A stretch of 64,000 nt of DNA, taken from NCBI GenBank assembly GCA_963794325.1, contig CAWCDG010000004.1, forward strand, positions 1,856,001-1,920,000, given 5' to 3'. The stretch comes from an uncultured delta proteobacterium (GTDB lineage: Bacteria; Desulfobacterota; Binatia; Binatales; Binataceae). Below, in pieces: positions 39,971-49,671 of the stretch. The notes beneath the pieces are model-generated. The model made no database searches. It saw nothing but the letters and a program-made list of their open reading frames with translations, and was not told the origin of the DNA. The position numbers and the translations under genes were made by a program. How positions within the stretch are numbered: position 1 is the first letter of the stretch; the number at the start of each line of letters is the position of its first letter.

Positions 39971-41626
39971 ATGGCGGATAGCACAATCGATGAATCGTCG
40001 CGGCTGGGTGGCCGGTGGGTGTCGATTTTTGAATCGACCAATCTGCGCGAACCGCCGAGCGTTCTGAGGGCCGCCGCCTTCGCCGCGGTCACGACCGCAT
40101 TACTCTACACACTGGCGGGAATGGATTCGGGATTGTGGCTATGCGCGCTGTTCGCGCCGCTGCCGATTCTCGCGATAGCACCTGAAATCCGGCTGGAGAC
40201 CGGGGCCGAGCTGGCGTGTGCGGCGTTCCTGATCGGGAACCTGGCCGCATGGGGCGGCGAGAGTTTCGCGGTTCCGATAGTCACGATGCTCGCGTCGCAT
40301 ATCGCGGGCGCGATCGTGTTTGCGACCTTCGTTGCGTGCGCGGCCGAGGCGACGCGGCGCTGGTCGGGGGTGCTGGCGGCGCTGGTGTTCCCGACCTTTG
40401 AAACCGCCTTCTACTACTCGCTCTCGATGCAATCACCGCACGGCACGTGGGGCAGCCCGGCATACACGCAAGTCGATTTTATTCCGCTGCTGCAGACGGC
40501 ATCGTGGATCGGAATGTGCGGCGTGATGTTTATCATGACGCTGTTGCCGTCGGGGCTGGCGGTCGCGTGGTACCGGCGGCGCTGGAACATGGAGTGGAAG
40601 AATCCCGCGATCATGGCGTTCAGCGTTTTCGCGCTGGCGGTCTTGTTTGGATCGACTCGGGTGGTGCTGACGCCGCGGACTCCGGTGGTGCGGGTCGGAA
40701 TGGTTGCGATCGAGCGGCTGATACCGGAGTCGGAGTCGACCGATCCAACCGACGCGGCGGATATCATGGCGCGTTACGCGAAAATGGTGCGTCAGGCGGC
40801 GGCCAGCGGCGCGCAAATCGTCGTGATGCCGGAGAAGATCATCGGCGTGGCGCCGAGCTACGAATGGGACGTGGTGCTCGGACTCCAGCAAATCGCAAAG
40901 ATGTCGCATGTATGGCTGGTAGTCGGGCTCAACCAGATTGGGCGATCGCCGAAGAGAAATATCGCGGTGGTATTCGCTCCCGACGGCACGCTGGCGGCGA
41001 GCTACGCCAAGCATCATCTGATCCCCAGTCTCGAATGGGACTACAAGGCGGGCACCAAGCCGGCGATTTTCGACGCGCCGTGGGGACGCACCGCGGTGCT
41101 GATTTCGCAGGACCTGGATTTTCCGGAGACCGCGCGCGAGCTCGCGGCGTATGACGTGCGGATGGTGGTCGCGCCCGCATCGGATTGGCGGGGATCGGAA
41201 GTGATTCATCAGCGGATGGCGGTAGTGCGCGGAGTCGAATCGGGATTCTCGCTAGCACGCGCGGCGCGCGGTGGGATCCTGTCGGCGAATGATTCGCGCG
41301 GCCGGCTGATCGCGGCGCGCGCGCCGGTGCATGGCGAAGATACGATGGCGGTTACCGACCTGCCGATTGGCGCGGGTCGAACCGTCTATTCGCGCACCGA
41401 CGATTGGTTCGGGCGGCTATGCGTGCTGTTCACGATCCTGCTGATGCTGCGGCTGGCGGTGAGTGTCGGGTACTCGATGCGAACGCGGCGGCGCGGCGCT
41501 GCGAAGGGGATCAAGCGACCGAGCGGGGTGGTATCGGTTGATTTGAATCAGACGGAACCGGAAGCGGAGAAAGTCGAGGAGCCGGCGCAGGATATCTATC
41601 GGCCACCGCCGCGGCCGCGCGAGTAG
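39971..41626 (+). CDS. Membrane nitrilase-superfamily protein (apolipoprotein N-acyltransferase-like)
   Basis: Multiple TMs, PHGTWGS.AYTQ, VVMPEK, YAKHHL; nucleophile position reads ISQD. Confidence 0.8.
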   Translation: MADSTIDESSRLGGRWVSIFESTNLREPPSVLRAAAFAAVTTALLYTLAGMDSGLWLCALFAPLPILAIAPEIRLETGAELACAAFLIGNLAAWGGESFAVPIVTMLASHIAGAIVFATFVACAAEATRRWSGVLAALVFPTFETAFYYSLSMQSPHGTWGSPAYTQVDFIPLLQTASWIGMCGVMFIMTLLPSGLAVAWYRRRWNMEWKNPAIMAFSVFALAVLFGSTRVVLTPRTPVVRVGMVAIERLIPESESTDPTDAADIMARYAKMVRQAAASGAQIVVMPEKIIGVAPSYEWDVVLGLQQIAKMSHVWLVVGLNQIGRSPKRNIAVVFAPDGTLAASYAKHHLIPSLEWDYKAGTKPAIFDAPWGRTAVLISQDLDFPETARELAAYDVRMVVAPASDWRGSEVIHQRMAVVRGVESGFSLARAARGGILSANDSRGRLIAARAPVHGEDTMAVTDLPIGAGRTVYSRTDDWFGRLCVLFTILLMLRLAVSVGYSMRTRRRGAAKGIKRPSGVVSVDLNQTEPEAEKVEEPAQDIYRPPPRPRE

Positions 41627-41675
41627 GTGTAGAAGAACCTAGCCCCAATCAAGAATAATCGCCTGCGCGGCGGGC

Positions 41676-41724
41676 GGCAGGGGTGACCCCTGCACCCAGT
41701 GAAAGAAAAATAAAGATGCGGGAC
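41676..41724 (+). repeat. Composite repeat core (copy 3)
   Basis: GGCAGGGGTGACCCCTGCACCCAGTGAAA...AAAGATGCGGGAC. Confidence 0.8.
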
Positions 41725-41757
41725 TTCGTCCCTGTTAGAAGTTTGTGGGGCGGATGG

Positions 41758-41996
41758 GATCTTAACCTCCCCTTGTCCGAGGGGAGGTCGGCGCGCGCCG
41801 AAGGAGTGCGACGGGTGGGGTGCAACGCCGGCCGTCGCCACCGCGTCCGTTGTGCTGCTGTCGAGCGGCGAACGCGTGCCTATGCGTTGAGATTAAACGA
41901 GTCGGGGTTGGTGGGATTTCGCACGTTGCACCTCTCCCGGCGACACCGCTGCGCGGCTTTCGCCGACCTCCCCTCGGACAAGGGGAGGTTAGGATC
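41758..41996. mobile_element. MITE/REPIN-like element with a 31-bp perfect inverted repeat
   Basis: 41763-41793 is the exact reverse complement of 41961-41991; non-coding interior. Confidence 0.65.
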
Positions 41997-42075
41997 TGAG
42001 GTCGCGATTGATCGTGCTTCGCGAAACCTCTAAATGTGCGGCGCGTGATTTAATCCTGAAAAAAGGGAATTGGTG

Positions 42076-43068
42076 ATGTTGAAGTTTGAGGATATTGATC
42101 TCGATCGGATGGTTGAAGAAGTTCTGGCTGGAAAAGAAATCGCGCGCGAGACGGCGGCGGCGATTCTGAATTGTCCCGATGAGCGGCTGGGGGATTTGCT
42201 TGGCGCGACGCGCACGGTGCGTGAGGCTGCGTTCGGGCGGCGGGTGAAGATATGCATGCTGCGCAATGCGCAGAGCGGCATCTGTCCCGAGGATTGCTCG
42301 TACTGCTCGCAATCGAAGATCTCGAAGGCCGAGATTCCGGTGTACAAGATGCAGAGCGTCGAGAAGTTGATCGAGGGCGCGCGAATCGCGGTCGAGAGCG
42401 GGGCGCGCCGTTACTGCATGGTGTGCAGCATGCGCGGGCCGGCGCGGCAGGACGTCGAGCATCTCGGGGAGGCCTGCGATCGAATCCGCGCTGAGCTGCC
42501 GGGGCTCGAGCTGTGCCTGTCGATTGGCCTGATGAATCGTGAGCAGGCGGATGAGCTCAAGAGCGCGGGCGCTGGATGGATAAATCACAACCTCAACACG
42601 AGCCGGCGGTTCTATCCGCAGATTTGCACGACGCATACGTATGACGATCGGATCGAGACGATCGAGTACGTGCGCGCGGCGGGACTGTCGACGTGCTCGG
42701 GCGGAATTATCGGGATGGGCGAGACTGACGAGGACATTTTGGACCTCGCGTACTCGACGCGGCGGCTCGCGATCGATTCGGTGCCGCTGAATTTTCTGCA
42801 TCCTATAAAAGGCACGCCGCTCGAGGCGAAGCGCGCGCTGACGCCGGAGAAATGCCTGAAGGCGGCGTGCCTGTTTCGTTTGCTGAATCCGCGCAGTGAG
42901 GTTCGCGCGGCGGGCGGCCGGGAATTGAACGTCGGGGCGCGGCAGGCGGATTTGTTCAATGCGGTGAATTCGATTTTCGTCAACGGGTATCTGACGACTG
43001 CGGGATGGGATTGGACGCGGACGCGGGAGTTGATCGAGCGGGCGGGGTATGAGGCGGAGGTGGGGTGA
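42076..43068 (+). CDS. bioB: Biotin synthase
   Basis: CPEDCSYCSQS, NHNLNT, CSGGIIGMGE, NSIF..GYLTT. Confidence 0.95.
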   Translation: MLKFEDIDLDRMVEEVLAGKEIARETAAAILNCPDERLGDLLGATRTVREAAFGRRVKICMLRNAQSGICPEDCSYCSQSKISKAEIPVYKMQSVEKLIEGARIAVESGARRYCMVCSMRGPARQDVEHLGEACDRIRAELPGLELCLSIGLMNREQADELKSAGAGWINHNLNTSRRFYPQICTTHTYDDRIETIEYVRAAGLSTCSGGIIGMGETDEDILDLAYSTRRLAIDSVPLNFLHPIKGTPLEAKRALTPEKCLKAACLFRLLNPRSEVRAAGGRELNVGARQADLFNAVNSIFVNGYLTTAGWDWTRTRELIERAGYEAEVG

Positions 43069-43100
43069 AGGAGCGGTGCGGGCGGCGCTGCGATGCGAGC

Positions 43101-43144
43101 AACCTAACCCCTAACCCCTTCCCATAGTGGGAAGGGGAATCGGA
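43101..43144. repeat. AACCTAACCCCTAACCCCTTCCC...GGGAAGGGG repeat
   Basis: Second copy of 37917-37959; lies between convergent genes. Confidence 0.75.
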
Positions 43145-43172
43145 AACGAAAGTCATCTCGGGGCTCGCTTTG

Positions 43173-43865
43173 TCAGGATGACAGGGACGCGAGGATTGCT
43201 TCTACGATTGCCAGATCGGATGGGGTCGTGATCTTGATGTTGGTGGTGGAGGCTTCGACTACTTCGACGCGGGTGCCGGTGCGTTCTACCAGGTCGGCGT
43301 CGTCGGTGGCGATGATTTTGTTTTTGTTGTGGACGGCGCGTTGATGAGCGGCGACAATCAAGTCGCGGCGGAATGCTTGCGGGGTTTGTGCTTGCCATAG
43401 GGTTGCGCGGGCGATGGTCTCAACGATTGCGCCGCTATCGACGCGCTTGAGGGTGTCGGATACCGGGATTGCCGCGATTGCGGCGCCGGCGCGCGTCGCG
43501 GCGTTCAGGCATGACTCGAAGATTGCGACTGTCGCGAGAGGGCGCGCGGCGTCATGCACGATAACCAGATCGCTCTCCGCACTTGTGAGTTCCAGCGCGA
43601 GTCGAACCGAGTCCTGACGCTCGATTCCGCCCACGGTAATTTTGACTGGTATGGAGAGGCCGGCTGCTGCGACTTCGGTGCGCGCCGCGTTTTCGAATCC
43701 ATCCGGGACAGCGATCACCAGTTCGCCGATAGAGTTGATTTGGCGGACGGTGGCGAGCGAGTAGGAGAGCATCGTGCGGCCATAGATCTTCACGAACGCC
43801 TTGGGCACATCGGAGCCGAGGCGGACGCCGCTGCCTGCTGCGACGATGATTGCCGAAGCTTTCAA
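43173..43865 (-). CDS. ispD: MEP cytidylyltransferase
   Basis: AAGSGVR, RQDSV, VHDAARP, QTPQ, TDDA, NIKITT. Confidence 0.95.
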   Translation of the reverse strand: MKASAIIVAAGSGVRLGSDVPKAFVKIYGRTMLSYSLATVRQINSIGELVIAVPDGFENAARTEVAAAGLSIPVKITVGGIERQDSVRLALELTSAESDLVIVHDAARPLATVAIFESCLNAATRAGAAIAAIPVSDTLKRVDSGAIVETIARATLWQAQTPQAFRRDLIVAAHQRAVHNKNKIIATDDADLVERTGTRVEVVEASTTNIKITTPSDLAIVEAILASLSS

Positions 43866-45175
43866 TTCGATTTCGCTTGAGACGGCGGCGCGCCGCCTGC
43901 GTTTGCGATGAAGCTTGCGATCGTGCCGATAACTCCCACGTCAACGTGGCCCGGCGCGAAGTATTCGGCGGGGTCTGGCTTGCCGGTGCTCGCGATGAAG
44001 AGATGGTTGAGCGAGGGCAGGGTCTTGACCTGCACTTTCGCGTTTCCCTTGAGTCCGGTCTGCCAATCGCGGAGGTCTCCGCCGACCGCCGGGTAGTCGT
44101 TCGAGCCGTGCAGAATCAGGATCGGCAGGTCGAGGCCGCGCGCGATCGCGACTTCGTCGCGCGCCTGGAGGTCGTAGTAGTAGGATGCGGGCGCGCCGAA
44201 GAAGGTCTGCGTCGCGGGCAATTTATGGGTTGAAAGTGCGTCGGCTTGCTGCTCGATCAGGGTCAATTGATCGGTCGGTTCCTGTGCCAAAAATCGCGCC
44301 TGCTCAGCCATCAACTGCGGCAAGTTGCGGCCCGACGGCGCCAGCATCACGATTCCAGCAACCTTCGATGCTTTTTTGGCAATCTCCGGCGCCAGCATCG
44401 CGCCCAGGCTATGCCCGATGATGAAAATTCGATCCTTCGAGACGTCGCGCCGCGCCTGAAGTATGCGCAGTGCGGCGACGGCGTCCTGGATGATCTCGCC
44501 ATCCACCGTGGCCTTCTGCGAATCGAGGTTTCGGTACGCATAGGTGCGCTTGTCGTATCGAAGCGCGATGATGCCGCGAGAGCTGAGACCTTCCGCGATG
44601 TCGGCGAAGGGATGATTGGCGCCGACGGTTTCATCGCGATCGTTTGGGCCCGACCCCTGAATCAGAACTACCGCCGGAAAAGGACCTTTGCCTTTTGGGA
44701 TGGTCAGCGTGCCGGGCAACTTGTAGGCGCCCACGGTTACATCGCGGGAGTCGAACTTTGCGGGATCCGCGTATGGAGGCGCAGTCGCCGGGAGCTTGAA
44801 TAGTACGGACGTAATCTCATGGGTCTTGTAGTTCACGACGATAATCGAATTCGCGGTCGAGCGACGGAACCTGAGTTGCACGCTTACTTCGTCGCGGTCG
44901 TTGGGAGTGTTGTGGTGCTCGAAAATTTTCCAACTGAGCATCGGGCCCTGGTTGGCGTAAACCTGGTCCCAGGAACCCTTTAGACCCGCCGGCGACAATG
45001 CTTTCATCCTGGTGCTGAAATGTTCGGTCGCCGCTTTGAAATTACCGTCGCGGATCGCCGAGAAGAAATGATTTACGATGGCGTCGTCAGCGGTGGCCTC
45101 GGCGGCGCATCGAGTTGCGGGAAGAATCGCGAGCGTCAGGAGAACGGCGCTCAGCACTGATATTCGCTTCAGCAT
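43862..45175 (-). CDS. Secreted alpha/beta hydrolase with DUF3887-like N-domain (paralog B)
   Basis: GSGPNDRDE, RYDKR, GHSLG, LNHLF. Confidence 0.85.
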   Translation of the reverse strand: MLKRISVLSAVLLTLAILPATRCAAEATADDAIVNHFFSAIRDGNFKAATEHFSTRMKALSPAGLKGSWDQVYANQGPMLSWKIFEHHNTPNDRDEVSVQLRFRRSTANSIIVVNYKTHEITSVLFKLPATAPPYADPAKFDSRDVTVGAYKLPGTLTIPKGKGPFPAVVLIQGSGPNDRDETVGANHPFADIAEGLSSRGIIALRYDKRTYAYRNLDSQKATVDGEIIQDAVAALRILQARRDVSKDRIFIIGHSLGAMLAPEIAKKASKVAGIVMLAPSGRNLPQLMAEQARFLAQEPTDQLTLIEQQADALSTHKLPATQTFFGAPASYYYDLQARDEVAIARGLDLPILILHGSNDYPAVGGDLRDWQTGLKGNAKVQVKTLPSLNHLFIASTGKPDPAEYFAPGHVDVGVIGTIASFIANAGGAPPSQAKSN

Positions 45176-45187
45176 CGGTGCAGATTC

Positions 45188-46534
45188 TCAGACTCGGGGG
45201 CCCTGTTCAATAAAGTTTGCGATCGCTCCGATCACGGCGCCGTCAACGTGACCCGGCGTATTGTACTCGGCCGGGCCCGGCCGGCCAGTCCCGACGATGA
45301 ACAGATGATTGAGTGACGGGAAGGTCTCGACCTTGACCCTGGCGTCGCCGTTCAGGCCGGTTTGCCAGTTGCGGATATCGTTGTCGATGACCTGGTAATC
45401 GCGGCCTCCGTGCAAGATGAGGATTGGCAGGTCGAGGCTCCGAGCGACGGCGACCTCGTCGCGCGCGTCGAGGTCGTAGTAGTACGAGGCGGGCGCGCCG
45501 AAGAAAAATTGCGCCGGCGGCGTTTTGTGCGCCGCGATCGCGTCGGCCTGGCGCTCGAGCTGCGCAATTTCGTCGGGCGACGCCTGGCCGAGGTATCTCA
45601 TCTGCTGGACGATCACGGCGGGCAGCTTGCGGCCAAGCGGCGCGAGCATCACGACTCCGGCAACCGGCGACGCTTTCTTCGCGACTTCCGGCGCGAGCAT
45701 CGCGCCAAGGCTGTGCCCGAGGACGAAAATCCGGTCATGTGCTACTTCGTTTCGCCCGCGCAGCAGATTAACCGCCGCGACACCGTCGTCGATGACCTCT
45801 TCCTTGACGGTGATCTTCTGCGGATCGAGCGTCTTATACGCGTAAGTGCGTTTGTCGTATCGGAGGACGACGATTCCGCGCGAGCTCAGACCTTCCGCGA
45901 GATCCTTGAAGACGTGATTCGCGCCGACTGACTCGTCGCGATCATTCGGGCCCGAACCCGCCAGCATCACGACTGCGGGGAACGGGCCGTCGCCGGTGGG
46001 AATGGTCAGGGTGCCCGGCAACTTCCAGGGATCTTCGCCGACGGTGACCGCTACGGAACGGAACTTCGACGCGTCGGCATACGGCGGCGAAGTTGCCGGT
46101 GAGGACGATGCCTTCGTCTCGACGGTCATCGGTTTGAGATAGAGCCCCGCGATCTCGCCGGTCTGCGGCCTGACTGACACGGTCGCCATCAGCTTGCCGT
46201 GATCGAAAGCCAGCACGACGCTGAGCACGTTGGTCCCCGCCAGCATCCCCTGCGACAGGACTTTCCAATTGTCGAGCTTGCCTTCGGTGGCGACAACTTG
46301 CAGCCATACTGCTGAGAGTTGATCCGCGGACAACGCCTTTTTCATCGTGGGGTCGAAATGAGCTGTCGCGTCGGTGAACCTTTGGTCGCGAAGCGCGGAG
46401 AAAAGTTGATCGACGGGGGCGTTAGCGTCGGCATTTGCCGGAAGGATTCGGACGATGACGGCCTCCATCACGAAGATTAGCGCAAGGGCGAGAATTCGCT
46501 TTCGGTGTATCGCCATGGCCAGCGAGATTCGCAT
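45188..46534 (-). CDS. Secreted alpha/beta hydrolase with DUF3887-like N-domain (paralog A)
   Basis: Same motifs; tandem paralog of 43862-45175. Confidence 0.85.
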   Translation of the reverse strand: MRISLAMAIHRKRILALALIFVMEAVIVRILPANADANAPVDQLFSALRDQRFTDATAHFDPTMKKALSADQLSAVWLQVVATEGKLDNWKVLSQGMLAGTNVLSVVLAFDHGKLMATVSVRPQTGEIAGLYLKPMTVETKASSSPATSPPYADASKFRSVAVTVGEDPWKLPGTLTIPTGDGPFPAVVMLAGSGPNDRDESVGANHVFKDLAEGLSSRGIVVLRYDKRTYAYKTLDPQKITVKEEVIDDGVAAVNLLRGRNEVAHDRIFVLGHSLGAMLAPEVAKKASPVAGVVMLAPLGRKLPAVIVQQMRYLGQASPDEIAQLERQADAIAAHKTPPAQFFFGAPASYYYDLDARDEVAVARSLDLPILILHGGRDYQVIDNDIRNWQTGLNGDARVKVETFPSLNHLFIVGTGRPGPAEYNTPGHVDGAVIGAIANFIEQGPRV

Positions 46535-46597
46535 ACCGAATCTTCGGCTTCAACACAGGAGAGAGAGAGGAATCGGGAAGGGGAAATCACTTTATTT

Positions 46598-46785
46598 AAT
46601 GCGGAACCCACCGTGGGTTCCGCACCTCGTTGGGCAGGGGTGACCCCTGCACCCGGTGAGAATCGCAAAATGGCGAGGACGCCCTTTTGCTCACAGGTTC
46701 TTGATTTTGGTGGCACAGGCTTTAGCCTGTGATTTTCTGGTCCATGCAAATCGAGGAAAGAATCACAGGCTGAAGCCTGTGCCAC
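46598..46785 (+). repeat. Composite repeat (copy 4) with REP doublet
   Basis: Near-identical to 36988-37163. Confidence 0.85.
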
Positions 46786-46802
46786 GAGGAGGCAGAGTAA
46801 TG

Positions 46803-46831
46803 AAAAAAAGGCCGGTGGAGATCCCGGCCTT
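46803..46831 (-). terminator. Intrinsic terminator of carD
   Basis: AAGGCCGG/CCGGCCTT stem followed by a T-run on the minus strand. Confidence 0.75.
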
Positions 46832-46859
46832 GGTCACTGATTTAAATTACGAGCGACGG

Positions 46860-47354
46860 CTAGTTTGCGAAGATCATCTTTAGCTCTTCCATGATTTTTT
46901 CTTCTGGATGAGCTTTGGCGATCGACAATTCCTTGACGAGCAAAGAGCGCGCCGTGTCGAGCATCTTGCGCTCGCCGAACGACAATTCCTTATCGCTCTT
47001 GAGCACGAGGAGATCGCGCAGCACTTTGGCGATTTCCAACGGAGAACCGGTTTTGATTTTTTCGGTGTATTCGCGATAGCGGCGGTTCCAGGTTTGCGTA
47101 TCGACTTCGACCTTGCGCTGACGCAGGATACGGTAGATTTTTTCGACCATATCTTTGCCGATGACGCGGCGGAGGCCGACCGACTCGACGTTCTCGGTTG
47201 GAATCATGATGGTCATTTTTTCGGTGCCGAGAATTCGCAGCATGTAGAAACGTCGCTCGGTACCGGAAATGACGCGCATCTGGATGTCTTCGATTACGGC
47301 AACCCCATGGGCGGGGTAAACCACCTTTTCGCCCTTCTTGAACGGCAAACTCAT
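46860..47354 (-). CDS. carD: CarD/CdnL family RNA polymerase-binding regulator
   Basis: VVYPAHGV, TWNRRYR, LSFGERKML. Confidence 0.95.
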   Translation of the reverse strand: MSLPFKKGEKVVYPAHGVAVIEDIQMRVISGTERRFYMLRILGTEKMTIMIPTENVESVGLRRVIGKDMVEKIYRILRQRKVEVDTQTWNRRYREYTEKIKTGSPLEIAKVLRDLLVLKSDKELSFGERKMLDTARSLLVKELSIAKAHPEEKIMEELKMIFAN

Positions 47355-47557
47355 TGTAATTTTGGCATTCGACGCCAGGCCATGGATTTCGGACATGGGT
47401 TGATGACCGCGCAGTCATGGGTTCATCACCGTTCCGATCAGCCTTGAATGTGAAATAGATTATGGCACAAAATTAGTTGATTTGTAACCCCAGTATCAAA
47501 AGGAAACTGAAATTGTCAGAATGATAGAACATCGTTCGGAATTAGCTGCCGAAAAGG

Positions 47558-48010
47558 TCAATCGAACCGCAGTTCCATGATGATCGCGTCCTCGCCGGGG
47601 CCATAGTAGTGGCGCCTCAAACGGCGTTCTTCGAATTCGAATTTACGATACAACTGTCGAGCGGGCAGGTTGGAACGGCGAACTTCCAGCGTAACTACGC
47701 CTGCGCCAGCCGATTTAGCCTCGGAAATTGCCTCCCCAAGCAGCACAGTGCCGATCCCGAGCCTTCGAGAGTCGGGATGGACCGCGATATTGAGGACGTG
47801 GCATTCGTCGGCGATGAGCCATCTGCATAGAAACCCGGCAATCGGGGCGGCGCCGGCTTCGGCGGGAATCGCCAGCATGATGCGGGAGAAAGGCAGGGTC
47901 AGTTCGCGCTCGAATGACGCCAAAGTCCATGGCGAGGGGAAGGCGAGGCGCTCGATCTCGATGATCCGGGGCAGGTCGCGACCTGTGGCGTTCCGAATGT
48001 GGATCGCCAT
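47558..48010 (-). CDS. rimI: Ribosomal protein S18 N-acetyltransferase
   Basis: FPSPW, NIAVHP..RRLG, LEVRRSN, YY..GEDA. Confidence 0.9.
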   Translation of the reverse strand: MAIHIRNATGRDLPRIIEIERLAFPSPWTLASFERELTLPFSRIMLAIPAEAGAAPIAGFLCRWLIADECHVLNIAVHPDSRRLGIGTVLLGEAISEAKSAGAGVVTLEVRRSNLPARQLYRKFEFEERRLRRHYYGPGEDAIIMELRFD

Positions 48011-48030
48011 CTGAAACTCAACTGAACACG

Positions 48031-48187
48031 TTTTGCCTCGCCCTCTGTGGGGAGAGGCCGACGCTCGTCTTCGAGCGGCGGGTGAGGGACCAAAATTTTT
48101 CGAGATTCCGAATGTGCGGCGCAACAGACAACCGCGCCGCACAAATGTCCCTCACCCTAACCCTCTCCCCACGAGGGGCGAGGGAAC
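48031..48187. repeat. Inverted pair of CCCTCACCC...CCTCTCCCC REP-like repeats
   Basis: 48031-48090 (minus) and 48148-48187 (plus). Confidence 0.75.
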
Positions 48188-48231
48188 CAGAACGCTTCGC
48201 TCGCGAATGCACAAAACGCGTACGGTTTGGT

Positions 48232-49671
48232 TCAGGCGGCGTTTTGTAGCTGGGCCGCGTCTGCTTTGAGAACGATAACCTCGAGCACTTTTTCGCGCAT
48301 CCGATGCTTGAACCCACCGACCGGCTTGCCGAACTCGATTCGCGAGGTGAAGTCGGCCGGGAACGACGACGAGACGTAGGAAAGCCGGCGGATGGTTTCG
48401 CCGCGGACGCTCGCGCTAATCGCAATCACGTTGTCGCCGAGCATGATGTTGTAGTCGTAGTCGGGCATATCGTCGGGAAGATTCCACAGGCGCTTGAGTG
48501 AAGAGGGCGGCAACTTGCGCGGCATCTCGAGCCGCACCAGGTAGGCGTTGGAATATTCGGCGACGGTGTACACGGTTCCGTAGCGGCGATCGCGCTCGGT
48601 CTTGTCCTCATGCATGGTGCCCTCGAAACCATCGAAGGCGACTTTGCGCTCGGTGCGGCGGCCCGCGCCTCCGGCGCGCACGAGAATCGAGCCGAGTGGC
48701 GCCAGTGCGAGTCCGTACCAGCATCCGCGATAGGTCAGCTGATCGGCGGGCTTGGCGTGAACGACGCCCTCACGCAAACGCCACGCGGCTTCACCCGCGG
48801 CGATCAATAAGCCGAGCATGATCCATCCGCCGGTGTGCTGAGAAAACAATCTGTCGCCCAACACTTCAACCGAGAACGCAGTCAGGAGCACGGGATACAG
48901 AATCAGGTTGAAAATCATATTGAGCGCGGTCGAGCGGATCCGCGAAAATCCCGCAGTGCTGCCGACCGCGTGCTCGAGGTCGGACTTCACGCCGTCGGGC
49001 ATCGCGCCGAGAATCGGCTCGGCCAGCCGAAACGCAAATTGGACCGGGCCGGGCGCGGTGCGGATCGGGGACGCATCAACGGTGGCCAGGACCGCGTCGA
49101 AGTCAGCATCGAGCTCGCCGGGAAAATGTTTCTCGCCGATTGGGCCGGGCAATGCGCCGATGTCTTTCGGCAGATGCATCATCGCGAGTCCCGCCGCTGC
49201 CACCGGAGCGGTCGCCACCGGTGCTGGAGCTGCCGCTGGCTTGGGTGCTGCCGGCGCCGCCGCAGGCTTCGCCGCGACTGCGGCGCCATTGGTTGCAGCT
49301 TCCGCACCTCCTGAGGCAGGAGCAGGTGCGCCGGGGGCCTCCTTGCGAAAGCGCGATGGCGCGTCGTCGGGGAAGGTCGTCTCAGGATGCAACTCGCGAG
49401 CGCGAGCGAGCAATACACCTTCGGTCTCGAGGTTGGCGGGATCGGGGATGCAGCAATCTACCGGGCATACCGCGGCGCAGGCTTCATGATCGTGGAAGCC
49501 GACGCATTCGGTGCACTTGGACGGCACGATGTAATAGATGTCCTGGGCGATTGCGGCGCCCGGGGTGCCGTTTAGTTCCCACGGCACTCCGCCCGCATAG
49601 ATCGCGGTATTGGGACATTCGGGTTCACATGCGCCGCAATTGATACATTCGCTTGTGATCGTCGTCGCCAT
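48232..49671 (-). CDS. YfhL-type 2[4Fe-4S] ferredoxin fused to an Ala/Pro linker, TM helices and an Hsp20-like C-domain
   Basis: CINCGACEPECP and CTECVGFHD..ACAAVCPVDC; hydrophobic helices; alpha-crystallin-like strand pattern at the C-terminus. Confidence 0.8.
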   Translation of the reverse strand: MATTITSECINCGACEPECPNTAIYAGGVPWELNGTPGAAIAQDIYYIVPSKCTECVGFHDHEACAAVCPVDCCIPDPANLETEGVLLARARELHPETTFPDDAPSRFRKEAPGAPAPASGGAEAATNGAAVAAKPAAAPAAPKPAAAPAPVATAPVAAAGLAMMHLPKDIGALPGPIGEKHFPGELDADFDAVLATVDASPIRTAPGPVQFAFRLAEPILGAMPDGVKSDLEHAVGSTAGFSRIRSTALNMIFNLILYPVLLTAFSVEVLGDRLFSQHTGGWIMLGLLIAAGEAAWRLREGVVHAKPADQLTYRGCWYGLALAPLGSILVRAGGAGRRTERKVAFDGFEGTMHEDKTERDRRYGTVYTVAEYSNAYLVRLEMPRKLPPSSLKRLWNLPDDMPDYDYNIMLGDNVIAISASVRGETIRRLSYVSSSFPADFTSRIEFGKPVGGFKHRMREKVLEVIVLKADAAQLQNAA

